A stretch of DNA of 64,000 nucleotides from Lentisphaeria bacterium (GTDB lineage Bacteria; Verrucomicrobiota; Lentisphaeria; JABSQK01; JAWLHB01): positions 1 through 64,000 of the forward strand of contig JAWLHB010000006.1 of NCBI GenBank assembly GCA_041690595.1. Direction: 5' to 3'. Numbering within the stretch: the stretch's first letter is position 1; every line of letters begins with the position of its first letter. The translations under genes were made by a program, and so were the position numbers. The notes beneath the pieces were generated by a model, which saw only the letters and a list, made by a program, of their open reading frames with translations, was not told where the DNA came from and made no database searches. This document shows, one piece after another, positions 1 through 8,745 of this stretch.

Positions 1-1961
1 TCGCCGCGGACGGCGACGATGCGGCCACGCTCGTCGAACTCATAGGCGGTGTAGGTGCCGTCGGGATAGTCGATGCGACTGAGGCGGCCGAGAGGGTCGT
101 AGGTGTTGCGCAGGATGGAGCCGTCGGGATTGGTCTGGGTGAGCAGCCGGCCATGATCGTCGCGGCTGTAGATGGTGACCTGCCACTCGCCCTGGCCCTG
201 GCGTACCCCCTTCTTGTGCAGGTGGCCGCTGTCGGTGTAGATGAAGCCTTCGGTGCGGTCGGGGAAGGTGCGACGTACGAGCTGACCGGCGGGGTTGTAC
301 TTGAAACGCAGACGCTCCCCCTGGCGGTTGCGGTAGGTGACGAGCCGCCCGCATTCCCATTCGCAGACGATACCGGTGCCATCCGGCCAGGTGATGGTAT
401 GGATCTCGTCGCCGCCGGTGTAGGCATAGCGGGTGACGGCGGGCGATGCCGTTCCCACGACGACGGCATGGGAGGCCAGGCGGCCGGCCTCATCATAGTC
501 GAAGCGTTCAGTCCGGCCGTCGGGATCGGTGTAGCTCGTCATGCGGCAGAGCCCATCGAAGGTGAAGCGATGGACCCGGTCGTTGGCGTCGACGATCCCG
601 GTGAGTAGGCCCGTCTTCTCGTCAACCTGATAGGTCGCGCTCCGGCTTGCCGGTCGCGGCGAGGGCTCCGCGGCGGGGGGAGCATCATAGCGGGTGACGA
701 CGCCATCCGCATTGGTGAATTCGGCAAGCTCGCCCTGCTTGTCATAGACGTAGGAGCGGCTCCGGCCGGTGACCAGATTATGCTTCTCGATGGGCAGGAA
801 CTCGCGGTCGATGACCTTGTAGACGGTCTTCTCGACCTCGGGCAGCAACTCCACGGGCAGATCGCTGGGCCCCTCCTTGCGGATGAAGGTCGCGCCGCCC
901 GGCTGCTCCTGGTGCACGTAGACGCTCTTCCGTCGCAGCGTCGTATCGTCAACGACGGTCAGGTACTGGGTGCCACCTTCCTCATGCTTCTGGGCATGCT
1001 CGATCTTGTGGTGGCTGCCGCAGGCGGAGATGTAGGTGACCAGGCGACCGGAGGCATCATGCTCGAAGAGCCACTGCCGGTCTACCTTCCACGCTTCCGG
1101 TCCGCTCTCCTCGATGTATTTTGACTCCGTTACGACCTTGTCGCCCACTGTGGCGGAGGTGTACCAGCCCAGGCGTTTACTCTTCTCGCGATAGAGCCGG
1201 CCGATCCGCACCGCCACGATGAAGCCGTTGAGATCGCGTTCGAGCTTGACCGCTCGATCCCCCGGAAAGTGAATCTCCGCCAGCAGGCCATCTTTGTGAA
1301 CGAGGGCGGCGCGAGCCCCATCCGGATACTCCACCGCGCTGGGAAACTCGCCCTCATAATGCAGCCGCATGAAGCGCCCCGGGTGCGACGCCGGCGCAAT
1401 CTTCTCCAGCCGCCAGGCCAGTCCAAGCTGATCCGGCGTGGAGAAGTACCAGCGCCAGCGATCCCGCTCGGTCAGCACCACCATGCTTCCCTCGCGCTCG
1501 AGCGTGTACTGGGGAAAGGCAATGCTGCGCAGGGTGACTTCACCCGCATCGTCGGTGACCGGCTCGAACATGACGATCTTGCGCTTGATGATGACGACCA
1601 GCTGGTTGGGCCGGTGCTTGATGCCCGAGGGATACAAGCCAATGGTGTCGCGCGGCGTCCATGGCTGTTCATGGCCGCAGAGCAGGTCGAAGAAGCAGCC
1701 CGACCATTGTGGCGCATAGAGATCAAGATTCTTCTCGAAGATCACCTTGCCGCGCTGACTGTGGTACAACTCCGCCTCGGCCGGACAGATGTGGCAGGCA
1801 ATGGCCGGCGCCTCCGGATCCGGCGGCCTCACCTCCGGCAGCCGCGGCCACTGGTACCCGGCCGGCAATGTCACCCGCGCCGCGTCACATGCAAGACAGG
1901 CAGCGGCAGCGACAATGACGGTCCATAAACAGACGCTGAACCTGGAATGCTTATAAACCAT
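1..1961 (-). CDS. YD/RHS-repeat protein with an N-terminal signal-like sequence (3' end beyond window edge)
   Basis: Manual translation from ATG at 1961 (MVYKHSRFSVCLWTVIVAAAACLAC...) is open to the window edge. It contains YD repeats such as YVYDKQGEL, FDYDEAGRL, YNPAGQL, TYDPLGRLSRIDYPDG, YEFDERGRI. Absent from the ORF track because there is no stop in the window. Confidence 0.85.
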   Translation of the reverse strand, partial: MVYKHSRFSVCLWTVIVAAAACLACDAARVTLPAGYQWPRLPEVRPPDPEAPAIACHICPAEAELYHSQRGKVIFEKNLDLYAPQWSGCFFDLLCGHEQPWTPRDTIGLYPSGIKHRPNQLVVIIKRKIVMFEPVTDDAGEVTLRSIAFPQYTLEREGSMVVLTERDRWRWYFSTPDQLGLAWRLEKIAPASHPGRFMRLHYEGEFPSAVEYPDGARAALVHKDGLLAEIHFPGDRAVKLERDLNGFIVAVRIGRLYREKSKRLGWYTSATVGDKVVTESKYIEESGPEAWKVDRQWLFEHDASGRLVTYISACGSHHKIEHAQKHEEGGTQYLTVVDDTTLRRKSVYVHQEQPGGATFIRKEGPSDLPVELLPEVEKTVYKVIDREFLPIEKHNLVTGRSRSYVYDKQGELAEFTNADGVVTRYDAPPAAEPSPRPASRSATYQVDEKTGLLTGIVDANDRVHRFTFDGLCRMTSYTDPDGRTERFDYDEAGRLASHAVVVGTASPAVTRYAYTGGDEIHTITWPDGTGIVCEWECGRLVTYRNRQGERLRFKYNPAGQLVRRTFPDRTEGFIYTDSGHLHKKGVRQGQGEWQVTIYSRDDHGRLLTQTNPDGSILRNTYDPLGRLSRIDYPDGTYTAYEFDERGRIVAVRG

Positions 1962-2514
1962 GAACTCTACCTTCTACCCGTATCCTGTCCCATTGAGGTA
2001 CTCATATCGACACTTCAGGCAATTCTCAATAGGATAACACCGCTGATTATCGCCGTCAAGCGTCTTTTCATGTCTGCAAACGTTTCAATTACTTTACTTT
2101 GTCACTTTGTCTCATTAACATGATCATTCAAGTATGCTTTATAACTAACGACGCCATAGGCACTTACGACTCCAGATGATTAAATCCTTAGTCGGCGCTA
2201 TAGATTTAAATCGCTGCTTTTGCCGCGAAATATTTTTGGAAAATGCCAGAAAGACCGGCGATGCCGGCCAGAATTGCGGCCTTACAAGCCCCCGCCATCA
2301 GCGATAAATCGCGAGACTCCGCACCGCGACCTATCCCTTTCAACAGCTTTGATTCTATCGATGGCCGCCTTCAGCTCTTGGCATGATTGGGGCCACCTCG
2401 GAGAGCCAGTTCGGCAAGCCACCCCGGCAAGCATGGTTGCTTGCTGGGATTTTTAAGTCTGTTGCCCGGCGCAGACGGAGCCGCTGTGGAGTTTTTTTTG
2501 TGCGTGGTTTTTGT

Positions 2515-2561
2515 TTTTTGGTTGCAATTGGCCCAAAATGGACTAAAGTGGTCCAAAATGG
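2515..2561 (+). promoter_or_regulatory. MraZ-binding direct-repeat array (10-bp period)
   Basis: TGG recurs at 2519, 2529, 2539, 2549, 2559 (CAATTGG, AAAATGG, AAAGTGG, AAAATGG), about 30 bp upstream of mraZ. Resembles the known (AAA)GTGG/TGGG MraZ boxes. Confidence 0.75.
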
Positions 2562-2591
2562 AATGCAGGTACGAAGGAGCCGAGAGCGCCA

Positions 2592-3080
2592 GTGGTTCAG
2601 TTCTGCGCCAACGAGGAGTGCACGATCGATGCGAACGGAAGAATCAAGCTCAGTGCGAACTTGCAGCGCGACTTCCAGCAGCATACGACGGGCGACGTGG
2701 TGCTGCACTGCCTGCCGGAAGGAGCGATCGGACTTTTTCCGCCGGACACGTGGAGCCAGATACGGGGGCCGGACCTGGAACCGATCGGCCGATTCGCCGA
2801 CAACATTGCTTATCGACGGCAGTTGCGTCGCTTCGGATCGATGTCTCTGGCTACCAGCATCTCCCCGCAGGGTCGCATCACCCTCCCGGAACGGCTACGA
2901 GAGCACGCAGGGCTGGTGGCCGGCCAGAGTGCCCTCCTCATCGGTTGCGAGATCGGCGTGGAGATCTGGAGTCCACAGCGTTGGGAGGCGGAGCTTTCCA
3001 TCATCAGTGATCACATGAACCAGAAGAGCGAAGCTGCCATGAACGCGGACCTGCAAAGGCCGGGCGAAGGCAGTTCCTGA
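2592..3080 (+). CDS. mraZ: MraZ division/cell-wall cluster transcriptional regulator
   Basis: Two AbrB-like repeats (IDANGRIKL; ISPQGRITLPERLREHAGL) and IGC...VEIW. AAGGAG RBS before a GTG start. Confidence 0.85.
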   Translation: MVQFCANEECTIDANGRIKLSANLQRDFQQHTTGDVVLHCLPEGAIGLFPPDTWSQIRGPDLEPIGRFADNIAYRRQLRRFGSMSLATSISPQGRITLPERLREHAGLVAGQSALLIGCEIGVEIWSPQRWEAELSIISDHMNQKSEAAMNADLQRPGEGSS

Positions 3081-3088
3081 GAGAGACC

Positions 3089-3373
3089 ATGACCATGCAA
3101 AAATCCAATTATCGCGGCAAGGTGATCGGGGGCATCATCGTGGCGATCGTCAGTTGCCTGCTTCTTGGGGCCGGCAACGTGGCGACCGCGATGAAGCAGC
3201 AGGACAAGGCGACGCAGCGCACGCGCTCGCAGGTGGCTTACTGGCATCAGCAGATCGCCGCCGAGCTGCCGGTCGAGCAGCAGGAGGCGTGGTTGCGTGC
3301 GGGACTGGACTATCCTTTGGAGCTTTTGCAGGCCTGCGCCAGCGAAGTGTCGGCGCCGTCGCGCACCAGATAG
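3089..3373 (+). CDS. Small bitopic membrane protein, possibly FtsL-like
   Basis: 94 aa, basic N-terminus, one hydrophobic helix then a helical segment. Lies between mraZ and a PBP-type gene, where ftsL usually sits. Confidence 0.5.
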   Translation: MTMQKSNYRGKVIGGIIVAIVSCLLLGAGNVATAMKQQDKATQRTRSQVAYWHQQIAAELPVEQQEAWLRAGLDYPLELLQACASEVSAPSRTR

Positions 3374-3446
3374 TTGCAATCGGCCGCCGGGGTGAGTACA
3401 TTGCGCTCCGCTCACTGCACCGCCATTCCCTATCCCCGTGCTGCCT

Positions 3447-4157
3447 ATGGCTCATGACGCTACCGCCGCCGCCCCTATCGACTGGCGGCACAGTTTTCGT
3501 GCGCGCAGCTATCTGGTGCTGCTGGGCTTCTGCATCTGGACGGGCATCATCAGCGTGCGCCTCTACGTGGTGATGGTGGCGCGGCGCGGCGACTACCTGA
3601 GCCGCTATACTGCCGAGAGCTGGCGCACTGGCAGCCTGCCGGCGCTGCGCGGACGCATCCTCGACCAGACGGGGCGCCCCCTCGCCTGGTCGACGCGCAC
3701 GTTCGCCCTGAAGTACGAAGTGCCCGCGGACCACGCTACGCTGACGGCCGAACTGCGGAAGATTGGCGGCGTCCTCGCGATCGATACCACGACCGACGAG
3801 TTGGCGTCGCGACAGGGTGAGCGGGTCGTACTGCGCCAGAAGCTGGAGCCAGGGGAGATCCTCCTCGTCCGCCAGTTGGGCCTGCCGCACCTCAAGGTGG
3901 TGAGTCATTTCGAGCGGCGCTACACCGCCGTCTCGCCAGAGGTGGTGGAGATCATCGGCCAGACCCGCATGATCGGGCAGAAGGAGATCGGCCTGAGTGG
4001 TCTGGAGCGTATCCACGACCGGCGCCTGCGCGGGTCTGACGGCAAGTACCAGGTCATGATCGACAAGTCGGGCAACTGGGTGGCCGAGACCTGGATGGAG
4101 CTCACTCCGCCTACTCAAGGCACCGACATCTACCTCGACACTACAGCCCCACCCTGA
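3447..4157 (+). CDS. Class B penicillin-binding protein N-terminal (pedestal/dimerisation) domain only
   Basis: TM anchor, RGRILDQTGRPLA, RRY...IIG, GLSGLE...LRGSDG, and GTDIYL shortly before the stop. No transpeptidase domain. Start uncertain (GTG 3438 or ATG 3447). Confidence 0.8.
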   Translation: MAHDATAAAPIDWRHSFRARSYLVLLGFCIWTGIISVRLYVVMVARRGDYLSRYTAESWRTGSLPALRGRILDQTGRPLAWSTRTFALKYEVPADHATLTAELRKIGGVLAIDTTTDELASRQGERVVLRQKLEPGEILLVRQLGLPHLKVVSHFERRYTAVSPEVVEIIGQTRMIGQKEIGLSGLERIHDRRLRGSDGKYQVMIDKSGNWVAETWMELTPPTQGTDIYLDTTAPP

Positions 4158-4159
4158 TT

Positions 4160-4720
4160 ATGCACCTTGGCATCGACCTCGACAATACTATTGTCGACAC
4201 CCTCAGCATCTGCCTGGAACTCTTCAACCTGCACAGTGATCGCCCCCTCTCCCGGGCGGCGTGCACGACCTATGCATTCTTCGAAGCCTATGGTTGGGAC
4301 GAAGCCACCTATTGTGAGATGTATGCCCTCTATGGCGACCGCATACATCGGGAAGCGCTCCCCTGTCCGGGTGCTGTCGAGGCCATTCGCCACCTGGCGC
4401 GCGACCACCGCATCACGATTGTCACCGCCAGACCGATCCAGTATGTCGGGGTCTCCATCGACTGGCTGCTGCACCACGAGGTTCCTTTCGAAGCCATCTC
4501 CTTCACCACCGACAAGCTGGCCACCTGTCAGAGCATGGGTATCGACCTGCTCATCGATGACACGCCGAGCCATGCCCACGACTTCTGTGCGGCGGAGTGC
4601 CCGATGATCCTCGTCGATCATCCGTATAACCGGGAGATCGACCACCCTCTTGTGCACCGCCATGCCACCTGGCCGGAGATCGTCTCCTTCATCGAGGGGT
4701 GGCGGCCGAGGTCTACTTGA
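4160..4720 (+). CDS. HAD-superfamily 5'(3')-nucleotidase-like phosphatase
   Basis: GIDLDNT (DxD), IVTAR, K...LLIDD, HPYN motifs. Confidence 0.8.
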   Translation: MHLGIDLDNTIVDTLSICLELFNLHSDRPLSRAACTTYAFFEAYGWDEATYCEMYALYGDRIHREALPCPGAVEAIRHLARDHRITIVTARPIQYVGVSIDWLLHHEVPFEAISFTTDKLATCQSMGIDLLIDDTPSHAHDFCAAECPMILVDHPYNREIDHPLVHRHATWPEIVSFIEGWRPRST

Positions 4721-6428
4721 GACGGAAGGCGATGATGCCCTGGGAGTCGACGGGAATGGGCTTGGCACCGCCCATGGCTTCGGCCATGCTGGGGCGGGCC
4801 TTGCCGATGGCTTCGGCCTGGTTGAACTTGACTCCGACCAGATAAGGTCCGGCGAGGATGGGGGTGGCCATGCCGATGCCTTCGAGGGTCTTGTCGATGA
4901 TCCTGTCGCCGGAGCGGGGATCATACTGGCGGACGACCGTATCGGCGTCGTCCTTGAGGATGCTGAGGCGACTGGTCTCGGCGGTGTTCATGAAGAGGAT
5001 GAGGCGTTGCCCATCGCAGAAGAGATCGCCGGTGACGTGTTCCTGTTGCCAGCGCAGCTCGCCGGAGTCGCGTTCGAGGCACATGAGCACGGGGATGCTT
5101 TCGTCGACCGCCATATTGCTGAGCCCGAAGTCGGCCACGATGTCCTGGTGCTGATTGAAGCCTGGCATATCCTGAACATTGATCTCCTTGGTGCGGGAGA
5201 TGGAGCCATGGACAAAGAGATAATCGTCGACAAGGAAGACATCGCCGGAACCGAATTCGAGATTGGTACGCCACATGGGTTTGCCGCTCTTGAAGGAGTA
5301 GCACATGCTGCCGCCGTCCTGCTGAATGAAGAGGAGACCGTCGCGAAAGAACCAGTCGAAGTTTCCGTCCTCCTGGGTATCGTCCAGAGCCCAGGCGACC
5401 TCGCCGGCCTCATTGAGGGCGATCAGGCGGTCGGCATCCTGGATGAGAATCAGTCCCTGCCGATAGACGATTTCAGCGTAGGAACGCTCCGAGAGGGGGC
5501 GCGTCCAACGGCGCTCGCCGGTCCGGCGATCGTAGGCGACCAGCAGCGAGCTGTTCCGATCGCGCTGGCGGTCGTAGCGACTGCACAAGGCCAAGACGAG
5601 ATTGTCGCCAATCTTGAGGTCGCTGACCTGGATGGTCTGGTCGAAGTCTTTTCGCCAGAGTTCACGGGCGGCCTTGACATCGACGGCGGCGAGGATGAGG
5701 CGGGAGCGGCGGAAGTCATCGTCATCGTCATCCTCCTCGTCGGTGGCGTCTTTCTGTGCCTGGTCCTCCCGCGGCGGCTCCTCGATGGGGATGCTGGAGA
5801 GGTAGACGGCCTGGGAGAAGTCGTCGTTCAGTTCAACGCGGGAGTTCCAGCCTTCGAGCTGAAAGGTGCCGGTGGTCTTGCCATCGGCGTTCATGAAGAT
5901 GATCTTGCGTGGGGCGATGGCGAGGAATCCGGAGCCGGTCGTGACAAGGCGGTTGACGAGGCTGGCATCGGCATTGGCGAGACTTCCGATTTCGTCGCCG
6001 GTGGCGACATCCAGAATACGAATGCCCTTGGGGTTACGGACATAGATTCTGCCATCCTGCTGTCCGATGACTTCGATGGAATCGAGGTTGCCTTCCTGAG
6101 CGATCTCCCAGGAGATTCTGCCGACAGGAGAGAAGAAGAAGCGCCATGCGAACCAGCCGCTGCCGAGAACGACGGCCAGGAGCACGAGGAGCGCCAGGAT
6201 CTTGAAGACCTTGGCCATGGTGGCAAACATGGCCTTGTTTTCTTCGGCGGATTCGCGTTCCTTGGAGCTAACTCCCATGCGGGTGGCCTGCAGACAGCCG
6301 GAGCTGCAGTAGTATCCGAGTTGCTTGACGCAGTCGCGGCAGATGGGCTTACCGCAGAATCCGCAATGGCCGGCAACGGCGGCTTCCGGGTGGTTGGTGC
6401 AGGTTTGCGGTTCGGGTGTATCGGTCAT
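4713..6428 (-). CDS. Membrane-anchored PQQ-like beta-propeller protein with N-terminal B-box-like Zn finger
   Basis: CTNHPEAAVAGHCGFCGKPICRDC...YCSSGC, one TM helix, then repeated xDxxTGExxW motifs (LDVATGDEI, YDRRTGERRW, LERDSGELRW). Confidence 0.75.
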   Translation of the reverse strand: MTDTPEPQTCTNHPEAAVAGHCGFCGKPICRDCVKQLGYYCSSGCLQATRMGVSSKERESAEENKAMFATMAKVFKILALLVLLAVVLGSGWFAWRFFFSPVGRISWEIAQEGNLDSIEVIGQQDGRIYVRNPKGIRILDVATGDEIGSLANADASLVNRLVTTGSGFLAIAPRKIIFMNADGKTTGTFQLEGWNSRVELNDDFSQAVYLSSIPIEEPPREDQAQKDATDEEDDDDDDFRRSRLILAAVDVKAARELWRKDFDQTIQVSDLKIGDNLVLALCSRYDRQRDRNSSLLVAYDRRTGERRWTRPLSERSYAEIVYRQGLILIQDADRLIALNEAGEVAWALDDTQEDGNFDWFFRDGLLFIQQDGGSMCYSFKSGKPMWRTNLEFGSGDVFLVDDYLFVHGSISRTKEINVQDMPGFNQHQDIVADFGLSNMAVDESIPVLMCLERDSGELRWQQEHVTGDLFCDGQRLILFMNTAETSRLSILKDDADTVVRQYDPRSGDRIIDKTLEGIGMATPILAGPYLVGVKFNQAEAIGKARPSMAEAMGGAKPIPVDSQGIIAFRLK

Positions 6429-6561
6429 GATGGGTACTCCTCTACTGGATATGGAGGGCGGGGAAAGGGGATCGCAGCCATGCCGGCGGTTGAATTCATG
6501 CAGTTCACGGATAGGTTATCTCTGGCAATATAGGCAACCGATCGACCCCCGGCAAATCGAA

Positions 6562-8745
6562 ATGCAAGCTGCAGCCATCGGCAATCTGACGCAGGGCCAG
6601 AAGAGTCGTGCTTTGACCATGCTGGCGGCGCTGGTTCTGCTCTTCCCCTGTATCTCATATGGGATACTGGCGGACGCGCCGTTGATACCGGCGATGGCGG
6701 CGGTGCTACTGGCCGGGAGCGTGGTGATCAACAGCCCGGTACCGGACAGCACGCGGGCGGTGATTTACACCATAACCGTCTCGCTGACGGTGGCGGTGAT
6801 CCTGAACCAGATCTATGAGGTGGATGGAGATCGCTTCTTCATGCCGATGCCTCCCGAGATCACGGTGCCCTTCCTCATCGGCTGCGGGATCGGCTTTACG
6901 TACATGCGGCACAATGCGCGCACGCTGATCGCGATCCTGACCTTCTCGTTCACCTGCTTTCTGCTGCAGGGAACCTGCCTCAACGATCCCAGCCATAACG
7001 TGCGTCTGCCAGTGGCTGGGACAATCTGGGCCAACCGGTATATTACCTTCGGCATCTTTTCGCTGCTTTCCCTGCTGGCGGCGCTGCCACTGATCTTTCA
7101 TGCGCAACCACGGCGGCAGGTGGGTCCGGCGCTGGACGGTCGGCGGCGTAGCCGGCGGGCGTGGTACGGCATCTCGACGCTGCTGGTGCTGGGGGCATCC
7201 GTGGGTTGTGCCTTTGCGGTGCCACCGCTGGTTCAACACCTGGATCGGTGGATGAGCCCGCTGCTCAATCTGTATCTGCAGGTAGCGGCCACGCCGAGCC
7301 TTTTCAGCGGATCGGTCAATCTGAACCAGACGCTTCAGCTGAAGCATCCGGAGCAGGAGAATCGGGTGATTCTTCATGCGCGGAGCGAGTCGATGCCGGG
7401 CTATATGCGTGGTCGGACCTTTGTGTACTATGATGAAGGCCGGTGGCATTCGCTCGTACCGGAGCAGCCGATGCCATTCATGCCGGTGGATCGTGATCTG
7501 TCGGTGCAGCGGTTTGTGGTGGTCCCGGAGTTGGCCAAGCAGTCTCGGTTGCCGGTGCGCCGGATGGATATCTATCCGAGCCCACTCTACCGTAGCGATG
7601 TGCTTTTTGCGCCGGGCAGTACGCAGGTAATCGAAGCGATCGCCGAGCGCATGCTGACCAACGAGCATGGGGTGGCGGCGCCACAGGAGTGGGATTCGGC
7701 CGGCGGCTACAGCCTCTATGCCGAGCTGTTTACGCCCATGAGCGTGTGGAATGGCCCCAGGCTTCGCAACGAGACGGCAGGCGCTTATCTGGAGGTGCCG
7801 GAGGAGTTGGTGGAGCCGCTGGACGCCTTCAGCAAGCAGATTTTCGACCGGCCGGCGGGCCATACGCAGGCAGACATCCTGCGCTTGACGACGTTCCTGA
7901 TCGATCATGCGGAGTATGAGCTTGGGGTACCGATGAATGGTCGTGACGATCCGGTCATGCAGTTTCTGCTGGAGCTGCGGCGCGGCCATTGCGAGCTGTT
8001 TGCCAGCGCGGCGGCGCTGCTGCTGCGGAGCCGGGGGATTCCATGCCGGTACGTGACGGGCTTTGTGGTGATGGAGCCGTTGGGTGGAAGCGACACGTGG
8101 ATAGCGAGGCTGGGCCATGCGCATGCGTGGGTGGAGGCGTACGACATTCATTCGGACACGTGGATCCTGGTGGAAGCCACGCCCCCATCGGGCATTCCGC
8201 AAGTGGGGGAAAGTGGCGGTTTTCTGGCGAATCTGCGCGAGCAGCTTGCGCAGAAGTGGGCGGCGATCTTCACGCTCATCAAGCGGGGCTATTTCGCGGA
8301 TGCGATATTGACCGGGCTGAAGGAGGTGTGGAATGGCATCACGTGGCTCTTCTGGCGCGGGCCGTGGTACGTGGGGTGGGCGATGCTGATCGTGACTGTC
8401 CTGCTGCTCCTCCGGCTACCCAGGCGGGCCACCGCCCGTGGCGAGGCAACCGCGGAGGGGATTCTCCACCTGCACGAGATTCTTGCCCTGATCGACCGGG
8501 CGCTCGATCATCTGCGGATCAGCCGCCAGCCGCAGACCAGTATCGGCGATCTCATTCAACGGGTGAAGGAGAAGGATGCGGCGGCGGCGACACTGCTGAC
8601 GCCACTGCTCGAAGCGTATCAGCAGTTGCGATTTTCCGGCGATGAACGCGATCCGGACGCCATACAAAAGCTGAAGAAACGGGCGTTGGAAGAGCTGCAT
8701 CCACGGGTCCTTCGCGCGCTTCGGAGGAAGGAAGAGAACCAATGA
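6562..8745 (+). CDS. Membrane transglutaminase-like protein (TgpA/DUF3488 type)
   Basis: Multiple N-terminal TM helices, then GHCELFASA, RYVTGF, HAHAWVEAY catalytic-core motifs. Start placed at ATG 6562; the longer ORF overlaps the divergent gene. Confidence 0.8.
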   Translation: MQAAAIGNLTQGQKSRALTMLAALVLLFPCISYGILADAPLIPAMAAVLLAGSVVINSPVPDSTRAVIYTITVSLTVAVILNQIYEVDGDRFFMPMPPEITVPFLIGCGIGFTYMRHNARTLIAILTFSFTCFLLQGTCLNDPSHNVRLPVAGTIWANRYITFGIFSLLSLLAALPLIFHAQPRRQVGPALDGRRRSRRAWYGISTLLVLGASVGCAFAVPPLVQHLDRWMSPLLNLYLQVAATPSLFSGSVNLNQTLQLKHPEQENRVILHARSESMPGYMRGRTFVYYDEGRWHSLVPEQPMPFMPVDRDLSVQRFVVVPELAKQSRLPVRRMDIYPSPLYRSDVLFAPGSTQVIEAIAERMLTNEHGVAAPQEWDSAGGYSLYAELFTPMSVWNGPRLRNETAGAYLEVPEELVEPLDAFSKQIFDRPAGHTQADILRLTTFLIDHAEYELGVPMNGRDDPVMQFLLELRRGHCELFASAAALLLRSRGIPCRYVTGFVVMEPLGGSDTWIARLGHAHAWVEAYDIHSDTWILVEATPPSGIPQVGESGGFLANLREQLAQKWAAIFTLIKRGYFADAILTGLKEVWNGITWLFWRGPWYVGWAMLIVTVLLLLRLPRRATARGEATAEGILHLHEILALIDRALDHLRISRQPQTSIGDLIQRVKEKDAAAATLLTPLLEAYQQLRFSGDERDPDAIQKLKKRALEELHPRVLRALRRKEENQ

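Noticed and set aside
2380..2500. Riboswitch or ncRNA upstream of mraZ (hairpins plus a T-run)
   Set aside because: Hairpins are present but match no RNA family consensus I can recognise; an Rfam scan would be needed.
4650..6533. 627-aa + strand ORF (similarly 33028-34740 +, 49689-52226 +, 52314-53735 -)
   Set aside because: Antisense shadows of genes with recognisable motifs or signal peptides on the opposite strand.
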